Assembly: GCA_023334545.1 (NCBI GenBank)
Contig: JAADVB010000113.1
Span: 1-56,342 of the forward strand
Length of the DNA: 56,342 nucleotides
Origin: Salisapilia sapeloensis CBS 127946
Lineage: Eukaryota > Protista > Oomycota
Reading direction: 5' to 3'
Part shown: positions 31,767 through 42,207 of the stretch, in pieces
Numbering within the stretch: position 1 is the stretch's first letter
Layout: each line of letters starts with the position of its first letter
Made by a program: the position numbers and the translations under genes
Notes under the pieces: model-generated
Database searches by the model: none
Seen by the model: only the letters and a program-made list of their open reading frames with translations
Told to the model about the DNA's origin: nothing

Positions 31767-32233
31767 TTAGAGCTCCATGTCAAAGATGAGATCATCCGTC
31801 TTATCCGTGCTGTCGTCATTGGTGGCGTCCGGCGCATAATAATAGTTGTTTCCACCCTGGTAGTACGCTTCCGACTCGTCATCTTCGTCTTCGGATTGAG
31901 ATTCGTTAATGCCACGTCGGATAGATTCGAGGAATGAACACTCCGTGTCTTTGTCATTATTCGGCGTCTCCTCGATCACGTCTGCTTTCGTCAAGTCTTG
32001 CATCCATCCGTGATGGTGTTGCTGCAGGAAGGCACCAGCAGGCTGTACGGCCGCCCACCCCGTCGGCAGATTCGATGAAAGACCCATGCTGCACTTGTTC
32101 CCTTTGCTCGCAATTCGAAAATGGCCAGCGGACACCAAGCATCAAGTTGGCTCGTCACAGGTGGTTTCCGGCGTCTGGCGTACCTTGAACTTGTGACCGC
32201 CAGAACCGCGTGTTTCCGGCCATTCGTCGGCAT
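31767..32233 (-). CDS. Small intrinsically disordered acidic protein, 2 exons, ending DDLIFDMEL
   Basis: Exon 1 at 32184..32233 (MPTNGRKHAVLAVTSS), GTACGC donor at 32183, in-frame acceptors ending at 32089 or 32107, exon 2 to TAA at 31767. Joins ORF-track entries 31991..32233 and 31767..32138. Confidence 0.7.
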
Positions 32234-32521
32234 GTATCAGGCGAATCTCAGCAGATTTCCCATTCAACCTCTAAATCCTTTCTTTTCGCTATGAAACGGT
32301 GCTAGAAAGTCAAACATAAGCAGAGAGTGTAACCCATTTGATCTGATCAACGAGCGTTTTAGTATCTCGTACGTCCGAAGATTCAAGCAGATGCAGTGAC
32401 CAAGTTGAAATACGGCGAAGGGGCACTTGAAATAGGCTCTTGCCCATCATCTAACGTTCCTACACGTTCACTTTCAACTCTCTCGCACGTAGGTACAGGA
32501 TGAAAAAAATGTATTTCTAGT

Positions 32522-33610
32522 CTACTTGTTCGAGGCTCGTGCCGTCGCTTCAAGTGAAGGAGCGTTCGAGCAACAGACCCGAGGAGCTTCCATTGTCGCA
32601 GTTCCGCTTGAACTACGCACCAATTGCTGCTTGACGCGCGTCGGTCCGACGGCGTGCGCATTCTCCTTCAACGTCACCAACCCTCGTGGTTGGTCGGTGC
32701 CTGATATGTGTTGTTGCATCGCTTCATAGGCCAAGGGCAGCTTCACCCAGTGCGGCGGGTACTTGAATCGAGCGACGTCCAGAAGCAGCACCATGTCTTC
32801 TTTTGGATGGTATCCGCCGATGGGCGAAAAGTGTCCTTCCCCTGTCTGCCCCAAGGCCTTTCGACTGTAATTTAAGACAACGATCTTGTCTTCGGACGCA
32901 CAGCTATCCTTGACCATATCTCTAAATTCGTCTAGACTCAATTCACCTTTCGCTGCCTTGCGTTCGTCTGTCATGACACCATTGCAACGTGCTAAGCATA
33001 CGAACTCAGCTAAGCTGATCCCTCGCTCCTTTGCCACCGACAAGGAAGTACAGCAATCGAATAATTCTTCGCTAAACCAACGCCACGGACCTTTCCATAA
33101 CCGACCAGGGTCGATCTGCAACGCATTGAGACACATTGCTAGCGTCGCCAAGCCACAAAACGCAGGCTCGGCTTGGGTTGTAAACTGCTCTGCTAGAGGA
33201 AAGTAGATTTGCATGTACTCGTCTCTCAATGCTTCCTTAAAGAGACGCTTGCCAGCAGAACTGGAGAACGGGATGCACACTTGGGGGAGCGGACGTCGAT
33301 GGAACGTGTTTTCTAACGATAGTGCGCGCGTCATTCCCGTCAGCACGGGTGGCGTCGACACCTCTGGCGCACTGTCGACGTTGATAGCATTTACAGGCTT
33401 CTGAAGCAAATTCTGAAGCGCTTGAGCGTCTTCTTGGTCTTTAGCTCGTTGTCTCCGGCAGCCACACGGGAGATCCATCGGGAGAGTGCAGCCAATCGGT
33501 TCCATGCGAGGGGCTACGGCAGCAGACAACGGGGCTTGTTGGTGATAATCAAAGGGGGGTGCGCGGGCTCTTTGGCGTTTGGCACTAACGAAAGGGCGAA
33601 CTCGACGCAT
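32522..33610 (-). CDS. PCS: Phytochelatin synthase (papain-like catalytic domain only)
   Basis: TQAEPAFCGLATL (catalytic Cys), WKGPWRWFSE, GQTGEGHFSPIGGY (His), LLLDVARFKYPPHWV (Asp). ATG at 33610. Confidence 0.95.
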   Translation of the reverse strand: MRRVRPFVSAKRQRARAPPFDYHQQAPLSAAVAPRMEPIGCTLPMDLPCGCRRQRAKDQEDAQALQNLLQKPVNAINVDSAPEVSTPPVLTGMTRALSLENTFHRRPLPQVCIPFSSSAGKRLFKEALRDEYMQIYFPLAEQFTTQAEPAFCGLATLAMCLNALQIDPGRLWKGPWRWFSEELFDCCTSLSVAKERGISLAEFVCLARCNGVMTDERKAAKGELSLDEFRDMVKDSCASEDKIVVLNYSRKALGQTGEGHFSPIGGYHPKEDMVLLLDVARFKYPPHWVKLPLAYEAMQQHISGTDQPRGLVTLKENAHAVGPTRVKQQLVRSSSGTATMEAPRVCCSNAPSLEATARASNK

Positions 33611-34028
33611 TGCTATGCTTCTATACTGACTCTGGGTATGACTAGAAATTGAATAATAACCGGTATACAAGTCCGTTGGATTGTGCCATATGGGTCAGGG
33701 GTTGCTCGTAGCCCTGGGCGCTGGATTTGGCGTCCACCGACGAGGTTACCAACTTCTCTGTGATTGGTTCAGAGGCACGCGTTGCAATCCTGAATCGCCG
33801 CCGATGAGGTTTCTTGTTGGCTAGAGGCACTGCTCCGGCGTGTGCCCCAATGAAGACGCTGTTGTGAATACTCTGGCATGGAAAGCGATCTGTCTGATAA
33901 TTTGCTTCCAACTACAAGTCTGCAAGGTCAAGTACCTTTAGGTTGATTGTGCTAGTAAAAAAGTGCTTCAATGAGTTGATGTATAGATGTTATTCTTCCA
34001 TTACGTCTACGGTGTTGACTACTGTGAT

Positions 34029-35093
34029 CTACCCTTCAATGCCTACTCGACATCTTCGTTTTCCGTACTTGCTTCGAAGTTGCTTTTGAAGTGATAGCTT
34101 TAATTGAGAGAGCTTGGTTGCTTGTGACTTTCTCTTTGGCATCGCGATCGTCACGCCGTCACCTGTACTACCGTCCGTCCGACTTTTGCTTCCAATTCGC
34201 TGCTTGGCCGTGATTACAGCGTTTTGAAGCGTCACGACAATTCCATGTGTGTCTCCGAGATACTTGGAGGTAAAGTCTAGTCCTGTTTCGTACGAACTAA
34301 TACTCCGGTCGTACAGCTTTAGAAACTCTTGCTCGACACCAACGTTATGGTACGCGATGCCTAGCACTGCAATGCGATCTCGTTTAGATGAGTCCAAGTC
34401 CGTCTTGTCATGCCCGATGGTATTGTTACCACGGAACGGTTGCAGCTCTTCATGCAGACAGATCAAAGCAGATTGAGCATGGCTAAGAGCATTTTGATGC
34501 TTTCCGAGCTGAGATAATACTGCACAGAGATTCAGATGCGTGTCGGCTTTATTATATGCCTGGTCAAGCTTCGTTTCAATCGCCAGTGCGCTGTTTAAAT
34601 ACGTCAAAGCTTTATGTAATTGACCTTGACGACGATGCAAGCAAGCCAAGTTGTTCAGTGTCACTGCTCTTGCAGGCGGATGACGCTCCGTGAGTACCTG
34701 GGCTTTCTGTAAAAGTTCATATGCGACTCCGAATTCGTCTTGCTGGAGATAGGTCATTGCTAGCAGGTTGCACATATCGCCTACCGTCCGACAGGCTTGC
34801 CAAACTTCATTGCTGTCCGCGCCGAAAAAGTGCTGACGAAGAACTAAAGCTTTCTCCATCGTTTCTAATGCTTGAGGGTACTTGCCTTCCTGTTGCAGCT
34901 GAGTGCTCTTCGTATCTAGCCTTTGTAAAGCCACCAGCTCTTTCTGCCGATTCATGAGGTGACTATCTTCCTCGTCCCCGTCCTCATCTCCTAGATCCGT
35001 CGATACAGGATTTACATTGTGTTTTACGACATGCTCCTCTGCATCGATATCAGTGACCATCAAGTCGTCGGCGTTCGACTCGTCCATTGACAT
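34029..35093 (-). CDS. Tetratricopeptide-repeat protein (kinesin light chain-like TPRs)
   Basis: Repeated TPR helices (GKYPQALETMEKAL, TLNNLACLHRRQGQLHKALTYL, THLNLCAVLSQLGKHQNAL, AYHNVGVEQEFL) with an acidic N-terminus. Confidence 0.85.
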   Translation of the reverse strand: MSMDESNADDLMVTDIDAEEHVVKHNVNPVSTDLGDEDGDEEDSHLMNRQKELVALQRLDTKSTQLQQEGKYPQALETMEKALVLRQHFFGADSNEVWQACRTVGDMCNLLAMTYLQQDEFGVAYELLQKAQVLTERHPPARAVTLNNLACLHRRQGQLHKALTYLNSALAIETKLDQAYNKADTHLNLCAVLSQLGKHQNALSHAQSALICLHEELQPFRGNNTIGHDKTDLDSSKRDRIAVLGIAYHNVGVEQEFLKLYDRSISSYETGLDFTSKYLGDTHGIVVTLQNAVITAKQRIGSKSRTDGSTGDGVTIAMPKRKSQATKLSQLKLSLQKQLRSKYGKRRCRVGIEG

Positions 35094-35346
35094 TAAAAAT
35101 CAAATAGCGTTATACTGTCCTGACTGTAGTTACTACCGAAAGCCAAGTATATTGCCGATCTATTAATAGCTACACAAATTTATTGTATAAAGCATCTCGG
35201 AAGATCAAATATCCATCCGAATGGAGATCTAAATAACTTAAAGTACGATGCTTGACCGTCCTGATTAAATACAAATATTTATTTGCTGTCCTGTAAATCT
35301 AGCATGAAATAACGGACACCAATGCATCCAATGAGCTTCAGAAATA

Positions 35347-36075
35347 ATGACCGCGACTTCAGGTGACCCTCAGTTGCCTCAGCTTCTTAAATGCCCAATT
35401 CAGATAAACGGTACGGATGCTCCGAAGATTCTACTGTTCGAGTGTGACTGGGATGTCGGAATTGGAGGATCTGTATGGACAAGTGCGGAGCTATTGACTG
35501 CCTATCTGCAGTCCCAGCAAAGCAAGCTCGCTTCAAGCTTTAATGGCAAATGCATCGTGGAGCTCGGAAGCGGGACAGGATACGTTGGTCTTGCAGCAGC
35601 AACTTGCTTTACACCGAGTGTTACGTACTTGACTGACCTCAAGTCCCATCTCGACTGTCTCCATCGCAACGTGGAGCGGAATAAAGATACTTTCAACGGA
35701 CAATCAGACAGCTTGGTCAAAGTGAAGGAATTTGATTGGAGCGAGACTGAGCATCAGACAGCTTTACTCCAAGACGTAAAAGATACTGGTCGAAATCAAG
35801 TAGACGTCATCCTTGGAACGGACGTAGCGTATCTAGAAGAGCTACACGAACCTTTGCTGACAACACTTGACGCGCTTGCTTCTGAATCGAGTCTTATTCT
35901 TCTCGGATTCAACCGTGTCGATACGGACTGGAGATTCTTCCAACGCTTGCAGGACTTTGAGTTTGTCTACTACAAAGTACCCGATCGGTTGCTGCCATTC
36001 GAGTTTCAAGGGAAAGATTTTGCACTCTTTGAGATCCGAAGACAAAAGTCTTTTGCAAAGTTACCAAACGCATGA
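35347..36075 (+). CDS. METTL21/Methyltransf_16-like protein lysine methyltransferase
   Basis: GGSVWTSAELL, IVELGSGTGYVGL (SAM-binding motif I), LTDL and ILGTDVAY (DxxY). Confidence 0.9.
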   Translation: MTATSGDPQLPQLLKCPIQINGTDAPKILLFECDWDVGIGGSVWTSAELLTAYLQSQQSKLASSFNGKCIVELGSGTGYVGLAAATCFTPSVTYLTDLKSHLDCLHRNVERNKDTFNGQSDSLVKVKEFDWSETEHQTALLQDVKDTGRNQVDVILGTDVAYLEELHEPLLTTLDALASESSLILLGFNRVDTDWRFFQRLQDFEFVYYKVPDRLLPFEFQGKDFALFEIRRQKSFAKLPNA

Positions 36076-36696
36076 ATGTAATTAAATACTTTGAAAATCG
36101 ATAGAGAAGGTAGATTTGGTTCGCGCGTGTTACTGACATTGATATTCCGGACGAGCAAGGTAAATCAGGTCATGACTACTGCTTTTATGCTTCTCCTTTG
36201 TTTAGGACAGCCTGGTCATAGAACTCAAATATAAACTTTCGCTTGATGAAACATCACAAAAGTGAGAATCCACTACGTCGAATGCAAATACGCTAGAGAA
36301 TAAAGGATCAGTTTAATTAGAGATGTTGACTATGTACTAAAGTGTACAGAACGTAGCTGCAAAAAATTTACAACATTCATCGATGAACAGATCGTGGAAC
36401 GACATACGAGCCAACAAAAGAAAGTAACTCAACAAATAGAAAACATATTTTGTTGTAAAATAAAGAAGGGTGAGGTGGGATCAGATCGGTTATGCGGGTC
36501 TACGTAACAAGTTGTGTAGAGGGGACCCAGCTTCGACAGAATTTGTCCGATTGCACCGTTCATCATTTGGATAGACCTGGAAGGACTATCCACACCTAAC
36601 TCTAGCAATGCTGGCTGCGTTATTATTATCCATATATAATATTCTTAGTGGTTAATTTTGAATTTAGACACAAAAACACCATCCGGAACAACAAAA

Positions 36697-37866
36697 ATGT
36701 CCAAATCAAGTCCGAGCTTTGCATGGCTACTCAAGCTAAGTTTCGCTGCGTCCGGTATCGAGTACATCTCACCGGACCACTTGCGCAAATGCAAGACAAA
36801 CAAACTGTCAAAGCTGGAGGAGAGGCGCATGTGGAAAGCTCTTTTCGACCTTGTCAACATGGTTTTACTCGACTTCGACTATGACGTTAATGTCCTTCGA
36901 GTAGAGAATGCAGAGGACAAGCTATCTGTGGCCATTGAAAACGACCAAGAGCATACTTATAGGCAAGAAATTGTACGCTACTACATGTACAGATGGGGGT
37001 TTGCCTGTGAAGGTTTCTACAACCAGGATGCCAGCTCCTCTGATCACTTGGTGCTCGCATTTGGATGGCTACTTGCAACGTCCGACTTTTTCTCTCACCA
37101 GCAATCCAATATCATTAGATATATGGGTCACTCTGATGAGCCACTTCCTCCATATACGACGGATATTGTCGTTCCATCGGAAGTGCAACGTGCTTTAGCT
37201 CAAGCAGCGACAAACAGTATTAAAATGCCATCAAATCTGCCTACTTTGACAACTACAGAACAAGTGCATTTACTTCAAAGTACTTTCGGACATCTACAGC
37301 ATCAACTGAATCACTTATATACGTTACAAAGACAACATAAGATGCTGCAACAGTCCTACACGTCGTTTCTTTCGGACAAGGAGGCACTACCCCTCTTTCT
37401 ACAGCAACAGGTCGGGTCATTTGATGTCGATCGTCATCAGCGACTGTTGGAGCAGTTGATTGAACATCGTAGAGAAGAAAAGGTATTCTACAAGTGGATT
37501 AACTCGGTCCTTCTCTCCCACACGCCAACGGCACCTTCAACACAAGAGAAATGGAACGAGGATCCAAGGTACATACACCTCGAAAAGCAACGATCAAAAG
37601 TCAAAGATCTGATTAGTCGCTCGGAAGTGTCAAAGGAACTTGATAAAGGGAAAGTGGAGAAAGCATTGAGTCATCTTCAGCAAAAGATCGGCCTTCATCT
37701 GCATCGACTCTTTTTACTCCCAAAAGATCGACGTTACCTTTCGATCCAACCAAAGGCAATACAACGTCAACAGGAAGAATTCGTTGGCGAGAAACTTCGA
37801 CATGAGCTCCAACAAGTCATAGAAGAAATTACAAAAGAGTATGCGCAAGTGGAACTTTGTCCTTGA
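36697..37866 (+). CDS. TEDC1: Tubulin epsilon and delta complex protein 1-like
   Basis: LRKCK...MWKALFDL, WGF, SSDHLVLAFGWLL and EKVFYKWINSVL resemble recalled TEDC1 blocks (LRxAK...LWxLL, SRELLLALSWLL, VFWxWMxSV). ATG at 36697. Confidence 0.7.
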   Translation: MSKSSPSFAWLLKLSFAASGIEYISPDHLRKCKTNKLSKLEERRMWKALFDLVNMVLLDFDYDVNVLRVENAEDKLSVAIENDQEHTYRQEIVRYYMYRWGFACEGFYNQDASSSDHLVLAFGWLLATSDFFSHQQSNIIRYMGHSDEPLPPYTTDIVVPSEVQRALAQAATNSIKMPSNLPTLTTTEQVHLLQSTFGHLQHQLNHLYTLQRQHKMLQQSYTSFLSDKEALPLFLQQQVGSFDVDRHQRLLEQLIEHRREEKVFYKWINSVLLSHTPTAPSTQEKWNEDPRYIHLEKQRSKVKDLISRSEVSKELDKGKVEKALSHLQQKIGLHLHRLFLLPKDRRYLSIQPKAIQRQQEEFVGEKLRHELQQVIEEITKEYAQVELCP

Positions 37867-37871
37867 TCCAC

Positions 37872-39035
37872 TTATCTAACCTTCAACCGCTTCTTCTGCA
37901 ATCCGTCGTCTACGTCTTCCTCGGTCTCCTCCAACACTTTCAGTTCAATCGATCCAGCCGCCTTCTGTACTTTCTCCAGTTTCTCCCCATTCTTTCTCGC
38001 AAGTTGAATACCGTTCTCTCTTTCCAACGCATACAGCTGCAGGCCCTCCGTCGTGGCAACAGCAAGATCTGTGTTATCCAGGAACTTGACGCTTGCAACG
38101 TCCATTTCTTCTTCCTTTATCACCTCCATTTTGTTGTTGGTGATCTGTATCAATAGCAAAGACCGTGCATTCAACTTGACTGCCACGAGTCCGTCCACTA
38201 GGGTGGCCGACATGTCAGTAGCATCCAACTCGTGTTCAATGTCCATCGAATCCAAGAGCTGTCCGTTGGTGACGTTCCATAGCTTGATCGTCTTATCCAA
38301 CGATAGCGAGATAGCTAGATCACGATTGGCCGCAGTAGACAGGCTCACGACGTTCGCTACGGCCGCCGTATGTCCTAGGCAGTACGCTTGGATGATATCC
38401 GTTTGCGGAAAGTTGGACACTCGGATCTTTTCATCTCGGTCGGCTGTTAGTAAAAAGTGGTGGTAGCTGTCATACGCAACGTCTGTCAGCATGGATGTCG
38501 TGTGCCCCAAGAGCGACTTGAGATTGGACTCTTTCGCATCGTCCACCGACTTAAAGTTCGGGAATGGGAGCGCAATGGCTTCACCTGTTTTCTCACCGAC
38601 GACGATCACGAGCTTGACGGATTTGTCAGGTAGAGATACAGGAAGTACTTGGATGCAAGTAGCATTTCGAGGAAGATTTCTATGTAGCGTAGTGTCAATA
38701 GATGATACAATCGAGATGATAGGAGAGTCGTACCGTTGGCATCGTGGCGTCAATGCACCAGCCACAAATTCAAAGTGTTTTAAAATACGATTGTCCACCA
38801 TGACCAGAACATCTAATTTGCTTGCATCCGAAGTCTCGCAGTTGAAAGTAGTTGGGTGGAAGACAGTGAGCTTAGTGACCACTTGCCCTTGTTCGATCTC
38901 TTCTTCCGAAAGCAACGGAAATTGCCAATACTCGTCTTGCTCCATGTCGTATAGGAATAGGACATGGCTTCGGCATAGTGCTAGGATGCTCTGAGATGCT
39001 GCTAGCAGCGGTGACTGTCGCTTGGACGAACTCAT
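37872..39035 (-). CDS. WDR4: tRNA (guanine-N7)-methyltransferase non-catalytic WD40 subunit (WDR4/Trm82)
   Basis: GEKTGEA, LLGHTTSMLTDV, LLTADRDEKIRVSNFP and IQAYCLGHT are WDR4/Trm82 signatures. ATG at 39035. Confidence 0.92.
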   Translation of the reverse strand: MSSSKRQSPLLAASQSILALCRSHVLFLYDMEQDEYWQFPLLSEEEIEQGQVVTKLTVFHPTTFNCETSDASKLDVLVMVDNRILKHFEFVAGALTPRCQRYDSPIISIVSSIDTTLHRNLPRNATCIQVLPVSLPDKSVKLVIVVGEKTGEAIALPFPNFKSVDDAKESNLKSLLGHTTSMLTDVAYDSYHHFLLTADRDEKIRVSNFPQTDIIQAYCLGHTAAVANVVSLSTAANRDLAISLSLDKTIKLWNVTNGQLLDSMDIEHELDATDMSATLVDGLVAVKLNARSLLLIQITNNKMEVIKEEEMDVASVKFLDNTDLAVATTEGLQLYALERENGIQLARKNGEKLEKVQKAAGSIELKVLEETEEDVDDGLQKKRLKVR

Positions 39036-39119
39036 GGTCGTCCAGTAGATGCTGTGCGGTCTTCTGTCCAAAGATGAACCTCTAGCAACTGATATGATGC
39101 AATAATTGATCAAAATCGG

Positions 39120-39124
39120 CCAAT
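39120..39124 (+). promoter_or_regulatory. CCAAT box in the shared WDR4/DARS2 divergent promoter
   Basis: ggccaatt within a 262-bp head-to-head spacer; short motif, so it could be chance. Confidence 0.35.
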
Positions 39125-39297
39125 TTTGAATCCACCGTTTTTAATAGAGATTTTTTATAGTAAAGAAATAATAATAACTGCCAAATGTGATATTAAATTA
39201 GGGTACGTTTTTCCACGGTGAGAATCATTTGTGGGAGTTCTGACTGTAGCGCCACAAGCTCCTGACACCAAAATACCAAACGCGACTCGGACCCATA

Positions 39298-41472
39298 ATG
39301 CTGCGTTCAAGCCATCGGTAGGACCAAATTCATGCTTTCATTTTATATGTCGTGATACATGCAATATCTTCTAGTCATTTGCAATGCAGCTATGCTATAA
39401 ATATACTCCGACATGCTATATTTGGATAGATATTGGCATATAACGGCATTGTGCACGTCATGCGACCGCTTTATCACTGCTAGCATCAGGTACTGATAAT
39501 CCTTTTGCTGTCCGATAGAGTCGTACCATCTCTTCTACGTTCTTTTCAATGGAATAAAGCCAGACCCGCGTCAACGATTGCAACTGCGCTACGAACACAT
39601 AGTTGTGGAGAGCTTCGTGGGTCGGAACATACCGGTCAGAAGGTTCAGTTAGCTGGATGGGTTGATGCTATTCGTCCATTTGGACCTCTGTCATTCGTAA
39701 CGCTTCGTGACAGACATGGTATCGTCCAGCTAAAGCTTCAGAAGGATGAACTTGCTCATCTCGAAGACGAGATCAGTGCTTTGCGTCCTGAAGGTGTCAT
39801 CCAAGTCCAAGGCACTGTCCAGCCTCGACCAGACGACATGAAAAACGCTAATCAGTCCACTGGAGACATTGAAGTCATCGTATCATCCATCCAGCATTTG
39901 AACACACCTCCATCTGCGCTTCCACTCCAAGTCTCAAGCAACTCACCTCGGCCAAATGAAGACACCAACCTCCGTCATCGCTTCCTCTCTCTGCGTCGAT
40001 CTGAACTTCAAAAGAACCTAAAGCTCCGTTCCGATCTGATGCTTGCCTTACGTCAGTTCTTCATCGCTGAGCATGACTTTTTGGAAGTCGAGACACCTAC
40101 TCTATTCAAAAGCACACCGGAAGGAGCTCGAGAGTTCCTTGTACCGACTCGAGAACAAGGGCTTTTCTACGCCTTGACGCAAAGTCCGCAGCAGTACAAG
40201 CAGCTCTTGATGGTCGGTGGTGCGGACAGGTACTTTCAAGTTGCTCGATGCTACCGAGACGAAAGTGGTCGAGCGGATCGCCAGCCAGAGTTTACTCAGA
40301 TCGATGTTGAAATGTCGTTTGTAGAGCGACAGGACGTGATGGACGTGATGGAGTCGCTAGCGAAAAAGATGTGGGCAGTCGCTGGTCAATCGATCGCCAA
40401 TTTAGATTCTACCAACAAGGTCGTGCACATGACATTCGCTGAAGCCATGCAGCGCTTTGGTGTAGACAAACCTGATACTCGCTTTGGCATGGAGCTTGAG
40501 GATTTACATGGACTCGACCAGTCGGACTTTGTCCAAAAGTTCGGAGCAGACAAGTACGTACGAGGTATTAATGCAAAGACATTGGCAAGCCAAGGGTTCT
40601 CTCGAAAGGACATGGACTCTCTCCTACAGAGAGGATCGACTTCCTGTGATACAAAACTTTTTGGCGTAACCGTCGGACAGGATGGACAGTGGTCTTCGTC
40701 GCTAAAGAAGATGTTCAAGGAGGAAGAACAAGCGGCGGTGAATGGTTCGTTGAAAGGAGAAGAAGGAGATGTACTGCTACTAGCGATAGGATCAAACTAC
40801 AACAACGTGAGTGGCGTGTTAGGTCGAATGAGGACGCACGTTGCCAGTGTCATGTACGACCAAGGAAAGCTCCAGAAGGAACTCGATCCCACACATTTCC
40901 ACTTGTTGTGGATCATCGACTTCCCGCTCTTTGAGCTGGATAACGACGAGTACAACCCACAGAACCTGTACGACGACCATCGTCATACACTTTCCTCCAC
41001 CCACCACCCCTTCACTTGTCCTCACCCAGAAGACCTTGCTACTCTCGAATCACTCTTAGCACAAGACAAGGACCTCATGGACGATGACGAGACGATCGCA
41101 CAGCTCGTCCAGATCAAAGCTCAGCACTTTGACCTTGTCTGTAACGGGTGGGAACTTGGCGGTGGGTCCATGCGTATCCATAACGCTGAGCTCCAGACGT
41201 CTATCTTTGACCAGATCCTCCATCTCTCTCCTGCCCAAAAGCAGAGCTTCTCCCATCTCATCGAAGCACTCGGGTACGGTGCACCACCGCACGGTGGCAT
41301 GGCCATGGGACTAGACCGCGTCGTCGCTCTCTTGAGCCAGTCGAAGAGCTTGCGAGAGGTGATTGCATTCCCAAAGTCTGCAGCAGGGAGAGAGCTCATG
41401 ACGAACAGCCCTGGACCGGTGGAAGCAAGTCAATTGGCAGAGTATCATGTCCAAGTCCATGAAAAGAAATAA
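39298..41472 (+). CDS. DARS2: Mitochondrial (bacterial-type) aspartyl-tRNA synthetase, 2 exons
   Basis: RTHSCGELR, LRDRHG, STPEGAREFLVP, QSPQQYKQLLM, CYRDE...RQPEFTQIDVEMSF, ELGGGSMRI, GAPPHGGMAMGLDR. The ORF track starts at TTG; join(39298..39317, 39519..41472) restores an ATG and the presequence MLRSSHRVVPSLLRSFQW (intron GTAGGA...CTGAT...ATAG). Confidence 0.93.
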
Positions 41473-41514
41473 AAAGAGAGTGGTTTCCATTTCTAGCTGT
41501 GTACATGCAATTCA

Positions 41515-42207
41515 TTAAATCCATTCGTTTTTCATCCGGTTCTTGCCTTTTTTCACGCCAAGGAGAAGAGGCTGCTGGCCCTGTGGTTCAAACGGCACGG
41601 GGTCCGAATGAGACTTGGCACGCTTTACAGGCGTCTCGGGATGCAGGGCAAAGTCCAGATGACTCAACGCTTCCGTATACAATTGTGTCGCTCGATTTAA
41701 GTGACCGTATAACTCATCGTCATTCTCTTGATGGAGCGACCTTCGCTGCATCGGCATCGGCATCGGCATCGGTTTCTCTTCCGGCACTTCTGCGTCCAAA
41801 TCCTCGACGGAATGCACAGACTCGTCATCACCGACATCGTCGCCTTCATGTACATCCTCCTCTTCCGATGACTCAGACTCTTCGTCTGAGGCTTCTTCCT
41901 CCGGTTCTTCCACGAGCTCACCAGCTATACGTTTGGTCTGTGTCGCCAATAGCGTATCTCGACAATCTCGCTTCATCTCTGATAGCTGCTTGCGTAAGAA
42001 ACTGCCTTGCCTAATCTGTTTGTCTTTCACGGACGTGACCGCGTCAATTTCGCGTGACCGAGGTCGCTCTCGACGATGTGAGCTCGACGTCGGTCTATTC
42101 ATGGCTTCATCTCTCAGGTTGAGCTGCTTATTCTGCTTCGTAAAGAGCTTAAAGAGCCACGACGTGACCTTGTTATTGTTCCCATGACGCTGTTCGGACG
42201 TATACAT
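41515..42207 (-). CDS. Hypothetical protein with acidic low-complexity core
   Basis: 230-aa ATG ORF with coding-like composition, an E/D/S tract and MPMPMPM. No family recognised. Confidence 0.7.
   Translation of the reverse strand: MYTSEQRHGNNNKVTSWLFKLFTKQNKQLNLRDEAMNRPTSSSHRRERPRSREIDAVTSVKDKQIRQGSFLRKQLSEMKRDCRDTLLATQTKRIAGELVEEPEEEASDEESESSEEEDVHEGDDVGDDESVHSVEDLDAEVPEEKPMPMPMPMQRRSLHQENDDELYGHLNRATQLYTEALSHLDFALHPETPVKRAKSHSDPVPFEPQGQQPLLLGVKKGKNRMKNEWI
41748..41771. repeat. (GCATCG)4 hexanucleotide microsatellite encoding Pro-Met repeats
   Basis: Four perfect copies read directly; in frame within the 41515..42207 gene. Confidence 0.9.

Noticed and set aside
34029-34110. Alternative frame at the TPR gene end (SYHFKSNFEASTENEDVE*) hinting at a frameshift
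   Set aside because: The annotated frame is open to its own stop and there is no slippery site or splice evidence.
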